From Azolla caroliniana (lineage: Eukaryota > Plantae > Polypodiophyta), in NCBI GenBank assembly GCA_043228905.1, contig JBHGNT010000007.1, positions 6,324,001 through 6,388,000 of the forward strand: a stretch of 64,000 nucleotides of DNA. Reading direction: 5' to 3'. Positions 32,747 through 46,241 of the stretch are shown here, piece after piece (positions within the stretch are counted from its first letter, which is position 1; each line of letters opens with the position of its first letter). The notes beneath the pieces are model-generated. The model ran no database searches. It was not told where the DNA came from and was given only the letters and a program-made list of their open reading frames with translations. The position numbers were made by a program, and so were the translations under genes.

Positions 32747-35599
32747 GGAGGCAGCAGGACCGCCGCCGCCGCCATAATCATCATCATTACCATCATTCAG
32801 CCTACAAGCAGTAAATCGGCAATCTCTAGTGTGTCCCCTGGCGGCGGCGTCGGACGCCTGGTGGTCATTCTTCCGCTTCTTGTCTGAGGAGGAGGAGGAG
32901 GAAGAGGAAGAAGAAGAAGAAGAAGAAGAAGAAGAGGGCGGAACTTCGGCAATGTTCTCCAGATCAGCTTCTTTGGCGGCGGCGGATGGGATCAATCAAT
33001 CAATCAATGAGGAGAGAAAAAAAAAAAAAAAGCAACAAAAAAAAAGAAATTTGGGTCGAGAAAAGGTACGAAGCGATTTTGAGTCGTCGGAAGCAGAAGA
33101 AAGAAAAGAAAAGAAAAGAAGGAAGGAAGGAAGGAAGAAAGAAGAAGGGGGAAGATCAAAAAAAGAAGAGGAGGGGCGAGGCGGCGCTTTTGCGGCGGAG
33201 AGGGAGGCCACGTCGTCATTTTCTATCCTCTTATCGCCACCGCCGCCCGCCGCCGCCCGCCTCCCTGCCCTCTCAGCGCCCTCTAAGGGCGTCCTCTCTC
33301 TCTCTCTCTCATCATTTGCTCTCTCTCTCTCTCTCTCTCCTCAGAGTGTCGGACACGTGTACGTACACTTCGGTACGGACGCGTGTACTTGCTCTACCCC
33401 AATCACAACTTTTTTTTTTGGTTCTGCTTTGTTTGGGCATACATACTGATACATACGTAATAACGCCAACTACTATTTAAAATAACTATTGAGGGTTTAG
33501 GGTTTAGGGTTTAGGTCAATAGAAACGCTTTCCTTTTGGGTCCCCCTTTTTTTTAACCCTTTTTCTTGTTTTAGCCATGTTTTATTAACCAAAAAACAAA
33601 AATATAGTGAAATTTGAAATTGAAAAAAAAACAAACAAACAAACCGAAAGAAGGAAAGAAAGACCCAAAACACTCATCACCATCTTTAACCCATTGGAAT
33701 TTGGCACCCCCCAAGGGCTACGACCAAAAACAAAAAAAAACTAAAACTATCAATATAGCATATATACTCGAGCGCATACCGTTTGGGCAAATGCAAAACT
33801 TTTTCACCCCAATCGGAAATTTTCCTACTTCTCTCTCGTTAAACCTAACCAGATTTTCAAACTTTCTTATCAGCTATTTTCCTACTATTTGTAAATGTAT
33901 TATCGTAAACAAAAAATAAACTATTTTTCTCCATAAGTTTTCACAATGGAACCATCATCGTTCATATAGATTTCCTACTTCTTATTGACCTAACAACATT
34001 TCCATTTGACAAATTTATCTACAATGTGCATCCAAGATCTAATAATCAATCAACCAAAACCTAATATGTTGGAATCTAGGTTTTGCCATGAATGGTATCA
34101 TATCTTCCAAAAACAAATAACACAAAAAAAAGGTAACATAAAGTTAGTCACCAACACCCATGTCTCTACACAAGGACCATCGTAGCACCATCATGTGCCT
34201 CTCCAATCCGAATCATTAAATTTCTAGCGAGGATGTTATTTATAAAGGTTACGAAGGGGTAGATTGTGTTGAAGGTTTTGATTTGTCTGGTATAGAGTTC
34301 GAAAGCACATCCCTACCCATTTTTTGCAAACACTCTAGGAGAATCTTAGTGCTTTTGCGCATGTCTCCAAATCTAAAATACATCTTCCCCATTCACTTAA
34401 GTGAACAAAAATGATCCATGAAATCCAAATATATTAACAATGTACTGAATAACAAATCAATTGCGTCATATCCTGTAAATTGGACTATGATTTCCAATAG
34501 ACAAATTTTTCTACAATTTGCATCTAGCTCTAATCAAACAACAACCTGCCATGCGTAACACAACCCATTTTATCTATTTACTTGCATACGTACTTAACAC
34601 TTTATAAACCTACGTCAAGCATTGATGAGCTTGTTAAGGAGGTTATTACATTCAAGAGAGGTGAGCAAGATTAGGGTAGGTAAGGTTAGTTGGTTGGGGG
34701 TGATCAACACCCACTCTCACTTGACTCGCCATGAATAGGGTGTATGTTGGTTTGGACCCCTTGCCCTGGCCTACAATAACAATGTAGAAATTCAACTCCT
34801 ACAGTACGAAGACATGCACTTGATGGATACACCTCGAGATGATAAATCTTTTTGGCATTGTTGGAAGGGATTCTAAGGCCGATGCTTCAAGTTGTTGGTG
34901 AGCTTTCCATAAGATCCCATGGTAAATTTTACCTACCTCGGGAGGGGCAAATATGCCAAGAAAGAGGACATTGTGATCATCATAACAGTGTAAGGTAGAG
35001 GGTAACCTAAGGGGTTTAGGCATGTTGAGGAGAAGATTCATTTCTAATTTTTATTTTCTCGCTTAAATTTGAGTGAGTGCTTAGTGTGTTCTGCTTTACT
35101 TTCTGTTTGGGTGGTTATTTTTTTAATTTTCGCCCACTTAAAAACAACATAATGATTAGCTTGCTAATCATTCGGTTTATTTTCTTGCTTAATTTTGTTT
35201 GTTTCTATTTTCACCTTTTACTTTAGAGCTCGACGCCTACGAAAGGGAACACCATCGGCAAGAAGGTGAACAAGAGGACAATGAGGACGCAGTAACATCG
35301 AACGTGTAATTGTAGGTTCTTGCCAAACAGGCAAGTGTATTATCTTGGAAATGTCTCTCAGGTCGCCTATAAAAAGGGGCCGAGAGCATTGTATCAACAT
35401 CAGTCTGTTTTGGTTTATTAATATAATTTTGGTAGTTAGAGTACTTTCAGTGTTGGATGATCTTATTCGTTTCTCTATTACATAGATTATATTTATAACT
35501 ATCAATCGATCAAGATCTTATGTTATAATTTTATTAATCAAGTCCGAGTAATTAACAGTTGTGTGATGTTCTGAGTAAGCAATTATCATAGTCGGCAAA

Positions 35600-37420
35600 C
35601 ATTCCATCTCCAACCATAGTCTTCTTGATAGGACGACTTAGTGATTAAGATGCCCGACTCTTTGTGTCAATCGACAAAGACAACAATATACCACCCCATT
35701 GAACAAACCACCACAAGGATATAGATCCTATAATGCTTGTCCCAAAACATAATGGTAAGATCCGAATATGTGTTGAGTTCCATAGAGTCAATGTGGCCAC
35801 TATTTGTGACAATTACCCATCTCATCTATTGAGCATTTGTGGGCAAAGAAATGTACAAGTTCATCAATGGTTTCTCTAGTTACAACCAATTAGTTGTAGC
35901 CCCTAATGATCAAGATAAAATGACATTCAATATTGCTTTTGGTACATTATCTTATAGATAAATGTCATGTGAGCTTACAAGTGCCCTAAGCACGTACCAA
36001 AAGGGCACATACCACACTTTCATCTCAAACCTAAGGAACAGGGTGGAATCATACATTGACAAAATTTATTCCAATTTGACATGGGATGCATGTCTTCAAT
36101 GATTCAGTATGAACTTTGAGCGAAGCGAGTAGTATTGACTCTCCCAAACCCATTAAACATTGACTCTGCGTAATGTCATAGGACATTATCCTCTTATGAA
36201 GAAGCTAAAGTGAAACTCATACTAGAGATGCACCCATTGACCAAGGAGAAATACTATAGGATTTATAGGCTATGCAAGGTATTGTATGAGATTCAAAAAA
36301 ATGTTTTCTAAGAAAATTGGACCTCTCTATTCATTGCTTAACTTAGTGTTAAAGTGGACAAAAGAATGCCCCAAGGCATTAAAATTTTTGAGGTCACTAG
36401 ATTGGGACAAGGAATTTCATGTCCACACAAATGCCTCTGCCCGTTGTTGTTAGGGCAATCCTCACTCAACCAAGAGACAGAAAACAAGACTTTCCTATAC
36501 CCTTCGTCAATCCCCAACTTTGTCCACAACAAAGCATGAGGCTATTGGAAATTATATATGAGGACAAGAATTTTAGGCATTACCATCTTGCTTGCCACTT
36601 GCTTTTACATGGGCCACTAAACCGAATTGTACCCAATCAATAAAATGTGTTATGCATGAAGGATCTCATGATGCAATTGTGATCTCCTAGAGTTTGATTT
36701 TAAAATAAATGTACGGAAAGGAAGTAATCACATACATGTTGATTGTTTCCACCTAAAACACTATGAGAACATGATAGTGAGATTTATCTACCGCCTAGTG
36801 TTAGTAAGCAATTGAGGGTCTCACTTCGTTAATGAAGTCATAACCCACATCCTAGGTGAGTTCATGGTTGTCCGTTAGAAGAATTTGCCTTGCTACCCTA
36901 GGTGCAATGGCCAATCATAGAGCTCGGATAAGATTCTATGTTTCCTCACGAATATAGTGACCTCATCAAGATCAAACTAAAACCACAAGCTACACGACAC
37001 TTTGAGCAGTTCAAACTTGCTTCAAAGTAGGTAATTGACATAAGTGGACACAAAAAAGAAGTTGTTGCATCAATGGAATTCCTTGAACCTACCGTACACA
37101 TAATTGTTCAAGAGAGATGAGATGGAGACCTCCTACCCTCTCATTTAGAAAACTTGGAATCAATAACGGAAACTCAAGTACTAATATTTCATGCCTTGCG
37201 TTCAGAGAAAGAAAATTGTAAAGCTCGACATGAGAATGAGTGGTTCTTCAATTTTCCCTCAATGGCATAGAAAGAAGCTCAAGATTTGGGGAGAAGGACC
37301 CTACATAGTGACCTAGATTATGGAAACAAGTGGCGCTTGCATGTTACAAAATCTCGATGGAGAGGATCTGCTAGTTTTGTCATCAAGAGTAAGTTGAAAC
37401 TCAAGAGCACTTAATAAAAG
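35600..37420 (+). mobile_element. Highly decayed Athila/Tat-like Gypsy pol remnant
   Basis: Residual RT motifs PKHNGKIRICVEFHRVNVAT and FINGFSSYNQ (~35740-35890); integrase GSHFVNEVI (~36815). Confidence 0.6.
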
Positions 37421-38483
37421 AAATCTAATGCACAAGCCGCATAGCTGGAGACGAATCTATGGAACATCCGAGCCAAGCTCAAGGGGTGAGGGTTGTGTCC
37501 ACCCCATAAACATAGTGGCAAGGTCAAGCACACAACGTTATCATATTTGAATGGTCCCCTTGTCAACTTTGGTTGATACCGGAGCAATTGTTGATGATTG
37601 TATCCTTTGGAACAAGGGTGGCTCTTGAATTCCCTCACCTTACAATCTGCATAATTGTTGAGACAAAACCCTTAAGCCAAAAGCCAAATATCTTAGTCTC
37701 AGAAAGCTTGAATGTAGAGCCTACACACCACAATGTTTCCCCCAACACACCACAATGCTCCCCCTAATGATATGCTCGCTCTACCACCTTTGATTACCAT
37801 CAAGATGATTGGGTTTCCCATGTTCACTTCCTGGAGTATGCTCACAATAATTCTTCCATCAAATATACTTCTTTCTTTTCCAACAAGGGATGCCATGCCT
37901 GTTGGACGATGCTTGAACATCCACAAATCTCAACAAAGTCCCATTTTGGAGAATCATCTACTCCGACTCTAAGATATTCATACAACTCTTTCTCACCACT
38001 TACATGATGTTCAAGCAAACAAATAATAAACTTGTAGATCATCATAATCACAAATCATCACTAGAAGGACGTAAGTTTTGAGATGGGGGGGGGGGGGGGG
38101 GGGATCATGTACGACTATTACAGAGTAATGTAAAGCCCCACCAGACCATGTAATGAGAGATGGATTATTCATCTTGATCGATACATAATCTTATGAAGGA
38201 ATCAACGAAATTGACGTTCATCTCAATATTTCTTGATCCCGGATCATGTCGTTCTTCCTCTAACTCTTGTCGAGCTTGTTGATGGTCCGGAATAAATATG
38301 AGGTTCTTCGGAAGAACAAAAAGAATAAGAAGAAAGAAGAAGAAGGAGAAGAGGTTCATTTTGAAAACTTGCCACGTCAGCATTCCACTCCACAGAGCAC
38401 CCCTGCTCTGCTCTGTTCTGCTCTGCTCTGCAGAGACAGAAGGAAAAGAAAAGAAAAGAAAAGAAGGAAAGCACACCTTCGCC

Positions 38484-41400
38484 ATGGCGGCTCTGCATAA
38501 CATCGACTTTACCACTCCTCCTCTCTTCTCCATTCCCTCTTCTTCCCCTTCCCCTTCCCCTTCTTCTCCTCCCTCTCTTTCGTTCGCTTCGCCTTTAATC
38601 CATACCCGGGGCACCCGTCTCCACCATCAGTCTATCCAAGATCGATGTTGTCTTCTCAGAGCTCCAGCCTCGTTTAAAGACGTGGCTGAATCAGGAGAAC
38701 CTCCAGCTACTGGAAACAGTAGAAATGGAGTGCTTAAGGTACTACTGCTCTTCTAACTTCTCTGCTTGCTTGAAGATAGAGAATTGTTATGTATCTTAGT
38801 ATATGCGGTTTAGGGGTTAGTGTCTAGAAGAAATGATATGCATTTTCTTGCTCATGGTTTAGGGTTTAGGTTGGTATACATTCCTTGCACATGGTTGAAG
38901 GCCTTTACTTGGACATAGTTTAGTGGTTTTAGAAGAAGCAGTATGAATTTCTTCCACGTGAGTTACGCATTAGAATTTAGGGTCTAGAAGAATTGGTGTG
39001 TATTTTCATGGTAATGGGTTTAGAAGAATTGATGCATTCATGGTTTAGGGGTTTAGAATTTGGTATGTGTTTTCATGAATTGATGCATTCATGGTTTAGT
39101 GGTTTAGAATTTCTTCCACATGAGTTAGGCGTTAGAATTTAGGGTCTAGAAGAATTGGTGTGTATTTTCATGGTTATGGGTTTAGAAGAATTGATGCATT
39201 CATGGTTTAGGGGTTTAGAATTTCTTCCACGTGGGTTAGGTGTTAGAATTTAGGGTCTAGAAGAATTGGTGTGTATTTTCATGGTTATGGGTTTAGAAGA
39301 ATTGATGCATTCATGGTTTCGGGGTTTAGAATTTGGTATGTGTTTTCATGGTTTCTGGTTTAGAAGAATTTGTATGCATTTTCATGGTGCAGGGTTCAAG
39401 GTGTAAATTTAATCTATTTTCTCGCACATGGTTAGTGGGTTTAGGATGGTGTATTTTCTTGCACATGGTTAGGTGTGTATTTTTATGGTTTCAGGTTTCA
39501 GGTTTAAGTTCTATGTGTTTTTTTTTAATTCAGTTAATCGTTTTAGGGTTTAGAAGAATCAATGCATATATGCTTGAACATGGTTTTGGTTTTGGTTGTA
39601 GAAAATTTGGTTTGCTTGTGTGATTTTGTGTTTAGAGTGTAGAAGAATTGTTATCAATTTTATTGACCATGGTTTGGGGATCTAGGCTTAATTAAACTTA
39701 GGGGTTTAGAAGAATTGTTACATTCTTGGACATAGTTATTTGTTTCACATGGTTAATGGGTTTAGGGTTTAGAATGGGAATTTTCTTGCACATGGTTTAG
39801 CAGAATTGGTATGCTTTTGCATTTGCATTGTTTAAAGCTTGGAGTTTAGAAAAATTGTAATGCATTTGCATATTCATGTTTTAGGTTCCAAGGTTCAGAG
39901 AATTGGTATGCATTTGCGTGGTTTTGGATTTAAGGTTCAGGGTTTAGGATCTAAAATAATTGCTATGAATTTCCTTGAATATGGTTTGGAGTCAGGATCT
40001 TGAAGAATTGATCTAGATTTTCTTGCACATGGTTTAGGATTTAGAAGAATGGGTATGTTACTTTTTTACAATAAGAGATCCTTCTGTTAGCTAAAAATTG
40101 ATGAAGTGGAGTGAGCAAATCAAAAGGGGGTCACTTCCATCTCAAGGATCAATGTTGTAGAATACGAATGCTAAGTATTCTAACGTTTTTTTAAAAATAC
40201 TTAGAATATGTATGTATTTTACAGATAAAATACGTTAAATTTGTTAAATACTTGGAATACATGTAGAATACTTTAAATATGCAGAATACTTGTAAAATAT
40301 GTTAAATACTTCTTAAAATTTAAAGTGTTTTTTTTCAAGAAAAATAAATTTTAAAATTTTAAAAATAAACTTTTTTGAAATGATAAATACTTGTTAAATA
40401 CGTGGAATACGTGAAATTTTTTTAAATGGCAGTTTTTTAAACGTAGAGTATGTATAGAATACTTCAGCGTATTCTAAATGTATAATGCACCTTTTTTAAC
40501 AACTATGTCAAGGATCAAGATTCCGAAGCTTAAGATAAGGGAAAAGGAACTCCATGTTTTCAAGTTTCAGATTTGGTTTTAGGGTTCATGTATTATAAGA
40601 TACACCAATCAGTGTTTAAGAGAGTTTCCCTGATTCACTAAAATGGCTATTGAAATTTTAAATTCTGATAATGTTTATGTGTAATATGCAATTTATGTTC
40701 CTCATGCTTAGTTGGTTCTATTGTTATGCATATGAGCTTCAGCATGCTAATCCATTCATAGAAAACCAAATTTCAGTTATAATGTTGCTCCTTTTGAGAT
40801 GTTACATCATGCTAAACATCCATAAAAATAAAAAAATCTAGAATTAATCTGAATGCTAAAATTGAGCAGTCCGTAGCTATGTCTTAAACTGACAGATTCA
40901 CATATGGTACATGCTCTGCCTGAGAAGGTGCATTTTGATAGAGACATTGAGTCTACTCTATTTTTCAATGGCCTGTTTGGTTATTTATGCCTTTATTGAC
41001 TCAGATGATGGTCTTTGTATTAACATGTATTGGGGTCAAAATATTTCCTGCTTCTGTTGCCTACTAGTGGATTGAAACCCTGATTTGCTGCGCACAAGCA
41101 TAACCATCTTTTTGTTAAGTTTAGAAATTGTTTAAATTTATGCTCAACCCAACCAGAATGTTTGCAGGATCCCGAAAATGATTCACAGGAGATTGATAAC
41201 TCTGAATTGGAATTGAGTGGAACAGCAGTGCCCATTCTAGGCTCCTTGAATGGATTTAGTCAAGGCACTGCTGAACCAGAATTTTCACAAAGTAGTGAGA
41301 AAGTTTTGCAGGAAATTGAAAGCTCCGAATTGGAATGGGGTGGAACAGCAATGCCCATTCAAGGATCCTTGAGTGGAAGTGGTCATGTTGGTCTTTTCCG

Positions 41401-44031
41401 TACCCCTATCTCTGGGGGAGTTCAAAGCGCAACATCATCACATGGATTGCCTTCTCCTGCTCTTGCAGTTCGAAATCTGATGGAACAAGTAAAGTGCCCT
41501 GCTAAGCAAATTAGTTGCAAATGACAACAATTACAACCTCCAAATTAAACCTTGTTTCTGTTGACCATAACAGGCACGTTATGCCCATCTATGCACTATT
41601 ATGTCTTGCATGCATCATCGTCGACGGGGATACCCATTTGGATCTCTTGTTGATTTTGCAGTTGATTCAATTGGACGTAAGTAACTTTCACTAGATTATA
41701 TCGCAACTCATTGATGTTTTACTCTACTGAAACTGAACGCTGTTGCTGTATAGATCCAATATTTTCATTATCTCCACTCGCAATCCATACAAGGAATTTA
41801 CTAGAAGATCCCAGGTGTTCTCTAGTAGTCCAGGTAGACTTTACTAACAAAGCATGGTGGTATTGTTTCATGCTCACAAGATTCTCATTGAGTACATAAA
41901 ATTCCTGAATATTGTAGAATGTATACTCAAAGCTCATGGGTGCTGTACTTAAGAGTATTTAAAGAGAAATAGAATAAACGCCTGGAGATTGTTGGTGTCA
42001 TGACGTAAAGTTTACAGCCTTTTATTTTGATATTAGGGGCTTGGATATCATACATCCCTTTTCTTATCTTGTGTACTTGGTTCATCAAGTTATGTAAATT
42101 ATGTTGTCTAGTATTCTGAGCTTACAGATGCCAAACCCATTTATTAATAATTTAAACAGATAATTGTTTACTTTTTATGTGAGCTAATCAGATACCTGGA
42201 TGGAGTGGGCTTTCAAATGCAAGAGTTACAATTTTTGGTGATGTATATCCCCTTTCAGCAGAGGAACAGGTTCGATGTTCTTTCAAATCATGGAATTTGC
42301 TAAAATGATTATACAAGTCTTGATGAAATGAAATTTCCATGAGAGGAGCCATTTAATGTCATTCAATTGTATTTGCATTATCTGGCTGTAGTTTTCATGA
42401 AAGATTTTGATCTCCTAGATCTTAGAGGCACCTAGATGTAATTGTGGTAGTATAGAGGTTACTCTGAATAAAGTTTTCACATTTATGCCAAATGAATATT
42501 CCATTACATTGGAATGAGGATTGCTGCATCCTTTGCTTGATATATTTTTGTGCAAATTCTCTTCCTAAGTTGCATTGCTCTGAGGGTCTGTGGATACAAA
42601 GGATAATGTTACCATTTTTCAATTTACAAGTATCTATCCTGTCTCCTGGTCCAAGGCATTGTCACTGATGCATGAGGTTCAGATATCTTCAAACTTGGAT
42701 TGTGATATCATAATGAGAAATGTATTTCAAAAGCAGCCAATTTATGATATTTATTTGTGTTCTGGGTCCTCGACAATGCCAAATTGGGAAGAATTAAATG
42801 ACTGATATCAATCTTTCTTGAGGCAGTGTGGTATCCATGGTTTATGTGAATCATTTGCTTGCACAGTATATCCAAGCTATGTCCTTTGAACCTTGGAAAA
42901 CTTAACCTTTGAATGCACATACTATTGTGTGTAGTGAGTTCTTCTACCAGAATGTTAGCCTGCGTAAGTGAAGTTTCATTAACCCTCATGTGACAATACT
43001 CTTGAGAAGACAAAGGTTAAGATAAGCTCTTTAACATCCCCACTATGGCCTAGACTTTTGCGTGGATATTCAAGCTACCAGTTTAACTACACTGGAGAGT
43101 CTAGAGCATAGCAGTATTGAGTTTCTCTTTCCTGTCATGGGTATATGACAATGTTGTGATTTTCTTTACAAAGTTTTTTATGTTTTTGCCCCTCTTTACA
43201 GGATTGGGCACACAAGAAATACACTGCAAAACATCAACAAGGTGCAACTCAACAGTGGGGAAATTTTTATTACTACCGAATGCAATCCTTTAGGTTGGCA
43301 GTATTGACATGTTCTGATTACCATGTTTTATAGATTAGTCTTGACACTCATTATCTTGTCTCGTAGTGACATTTATTTCATAGGAGGATTTGGAACTGTT
43401 GCATGGGTAGATGTCAAGGAGTTCGAGAATGCACAGCCTGATATTATTGCTGCCAATGGAGCAGAAGAAACATTAAAGGTGTGATGATGCTTGTAATGTA
43501 GTCATTAATTACTTCTTTATTAGATGGTATGTGCTATATTTGCATATTTGTTGCTCATATTTCTATTTGGCAGCAGGAATTAAATGCAAAATTTTCAAGA
43601 CATCTTAGAGATGTGCTCTCAAAGGAGTGTGAATTAGATGATGCTGCATTAATCTCCATAGATAGCAAAGGTATCGACATCCGGGTTCGGCAAGGAGCCC
43701 AGGTTTGTACGACATATGCAAACTTGTTTTTGGTTTTCGTTTTTCTTTTATTTTTTGGGTAAAGATATACGGAGATTGAAAACCAAAAGGTTGCTGGCAT
43801 TCTTGTATTTCCCTCATAAGCTAATATCACTGACAATAATATATATGTAGCATTCATATATTTCCCTCATATCATAAAGAGAAAATAACCAACGTCATAT
43901 TTTGAATGCAGTTTAATGTTCAACGTTTGTCATTTGAAGTTGGCCATGCAGTGGAGACATTGAAACAAGCGGAGACAGCAATCAAAACCCTACTAGATAG
44001 ATACTCACAGGCGTTTAGATATCATGGATAA
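38484..44031 (+). CDS. Pyridoxamine 5'-phosphate oxidase-like split-barrel protein, probably plastid-targeted; exons 38484-38738, 41168-41488, 41574-41676, 41754-41833, 42192-42269, 43202-43293, 43367-43478, 43577-43702, 43912-44031 (~428 aa)
   Basis: GLFRTPISGGVQSATSSHGLP, GYPFGSLVDFA, SPLAIHTRNLLEDPRCSLVVQ, IYFIGGFGTVAWVD, ISIDSKGIDIRVRQGAQ; all introns GT-AG and phase-consistent; Ser/Pro-rich N-terminus. Confidence 0.9.
38800..40050. repeat. Degenerate minisatellite built from telomere-like GGTTTAG motifs (intron 1)
   Basis: Recurring ttagaatttagggtctagaagaattggtgtgtattttcatgg at ~38970, 39132 and 39243, with many catggtttag motifs. Confidence 0.75.
40150..40507. mobile_element. hAT-type MITE in intron 1
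   Basis: 8-bp TSD TCAAGGAT at 40142-40149 and 40508-40515; imperfect TIRs CAATGTTGT...ACAACTATG; repeated (G/A)AATAC subterminal motifs. Confidence 0.75.
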
Positions 44032-46241
44032 CTTTTTATGGCAGAGTTCTTTTATAAAGTAATATAGATTCTGCAAACCTTTTTGGCTTAGCAAACTTCA
44101 GAACTCTTAACACAATCGATCAACATACATGTATGTAATACTAATGCACACATGTTAACCAACAGAGAAATAAATAAGATGTGAGAAATTTTTGTTCACA
44201 CATGATATTTATAGAAAGGATAAAGTCATCCAATATTAATCTTGTGATTTTGGTGACGCAAACCTCGCTTCTGTTTACTCTTCGTCAATTTTAGCTTTCT
44301 TGACTAGTTAGTTTTTTACCATGGGATCTTGAGGTTGCAATCTTTTGGGCAGCTGTCTGGTTGCAGGACCTTCATACTATATGGTCTGCATTTGTAGTGT
44401 GCTAGAATTTTGGGCAATGCACTTAAATCTGTATCTATTATTTAGGTTTTCATCCTGGCAATACTATCATGTTTGTTATTAGCTCCCATGCAATTTCTCA
44501 CATGTTAATGACCTGTTTTTTTAATGTTCATGTGGATATTCTTTGCGAATATTTGCTGAACTTTGAGAAGCAGTATCCTGCATTGCTAGAAATTAAGTAT
44601 GTAGGCCTTAAAAGAGACGAGTAGGGTTTGGCACTTGATTCTTTTGCACCGTTCCATTAGAGGATAGTACACATAGGTTCATTAAATGTCCTAAAGTGTG
44701 TACCATTTGGAAGTACTTATTGGACATTTGGCAAGTTTTAACTTGTTGTTTGAGACCTCAACAATGGGTTTTTTCTCAATATGTTCAAAATGGTTCAAAT
44801 GATGAGATGGAGATATTGTTCCAATTTTTACGTTATTGGGGTTTATAACACAATTGGAATATGTGTAATGCTTTCATGTTTGATAATAGACATGGGGTGA
44901 AAACCTATATAAAGAAGCTAAAAGGTATCCTAATGTGGAATTTTTGGATGTTAGAGCATGTGGGGATCATTTCCTCAAATGCATATTCAAGTTTTTTAAT
45001 GGCAATACATGACGTCCCTCTCCCTACATAGGCATATGATAGGTACAGGAGACTAAGAAGTGTTGTACCTAAGTGGATTTTACATACAATTAATATAATT
45101 GTGTACTTTACCAAAAGAAGAAGAAGAAATTAAGTATGTAGGCCTTTAAGATAAGTAATAATCATATGCTATGCTGTAAAAGGAAGTTTTGGTTTCACTA
45201 AATACCTTGGTTTTTCAATCAATTGTAGCTGTAAATTTGAAATTTTTGTTGTGTTTTGTAGATGAAACAATTGTCAAAGGAAGTTTAAAATGTGTGGTAA
45301 GGAAATCTTGTGTTTTCTTTGGAGTAGGAAAATATTCACTATTGCCATGAGCTTGGCTCATTAGAGAATATGAATGATTCTTGACTCATACAAGCAGATT
45401 TAGGTAGTTCTTGCTTTATATGCTCATGATTGTTTCATGTTAAAAATGCTATTTATTTGTAATTTAATTGTATTCTGATGGTAAATAGCACTCTGATATC
45501 ACACTATACAAAAATGAAAACAAAGTTTGTTCACTTGTTATTTGAAGGTTAATAATTCATACAAAAGGTGGGAGATACTCACATGGGTTTATAAGCTGGC
45601 GTTGTAAAGTCAAAAGCATTAAGCATAAATCATCAAGTAAAATCAAGCAAATTTTACTTCAGTTCACTTGCTATTTTAGGGTTAATAATTTACACAAAAA
45701 AGGGGTGATGGTCACATTGGATCGCACCCAATATTGCAATACTTTTTGCATCAAACCTTAATTAGTCTACTAATTATATTGATAATGATTGTCCATTTCT
45801 TTCTCATGACACGCTGATTCTTTTATGTCATCAGTTAGTTAGTGTCTTTAATATGATTGTTAGTGTTACAAAATGCCTTGGAATAATTGTATTTCCAAGA
45901 TGAATGTTTGGGGCATGAACAGGCCTAATTATGTTCGATGGTTCATCCTAACCACAATATTCTATCAAATGTGCATATTGCATTGCATTAACAATCTTAT
46001 AACACAAACGGGCCCTTACTCTAAATACATAATGTATGCTATATTATGTGGTTAAAGTAAGGGCCTATGGTTTCTCCTACAACATGTATGTAAAGGATAG
46101 ATATATCTCCTTGATACACATCACATCACATCAACCACTTTTTCTCCACCTGAGGTGTAATTAACAATGTGATGATAATTCCATCACAATCACAACGATT
46201 AGAATTCCATCCTCCATCGATTATTTGTATTTATTTGTACA

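Noticed and set aside
32829-33480. Plus-strand Glu/Lys-rich ORFs
   Set aside because: They are antisense translations of microsatellite-rich leader sequence of the ERF gene.
37700-38170. Remnant of chromovirus integrase
   Set aside because: Weak resemblance to the element D integrase C-terminus, but too decayed to delimit.
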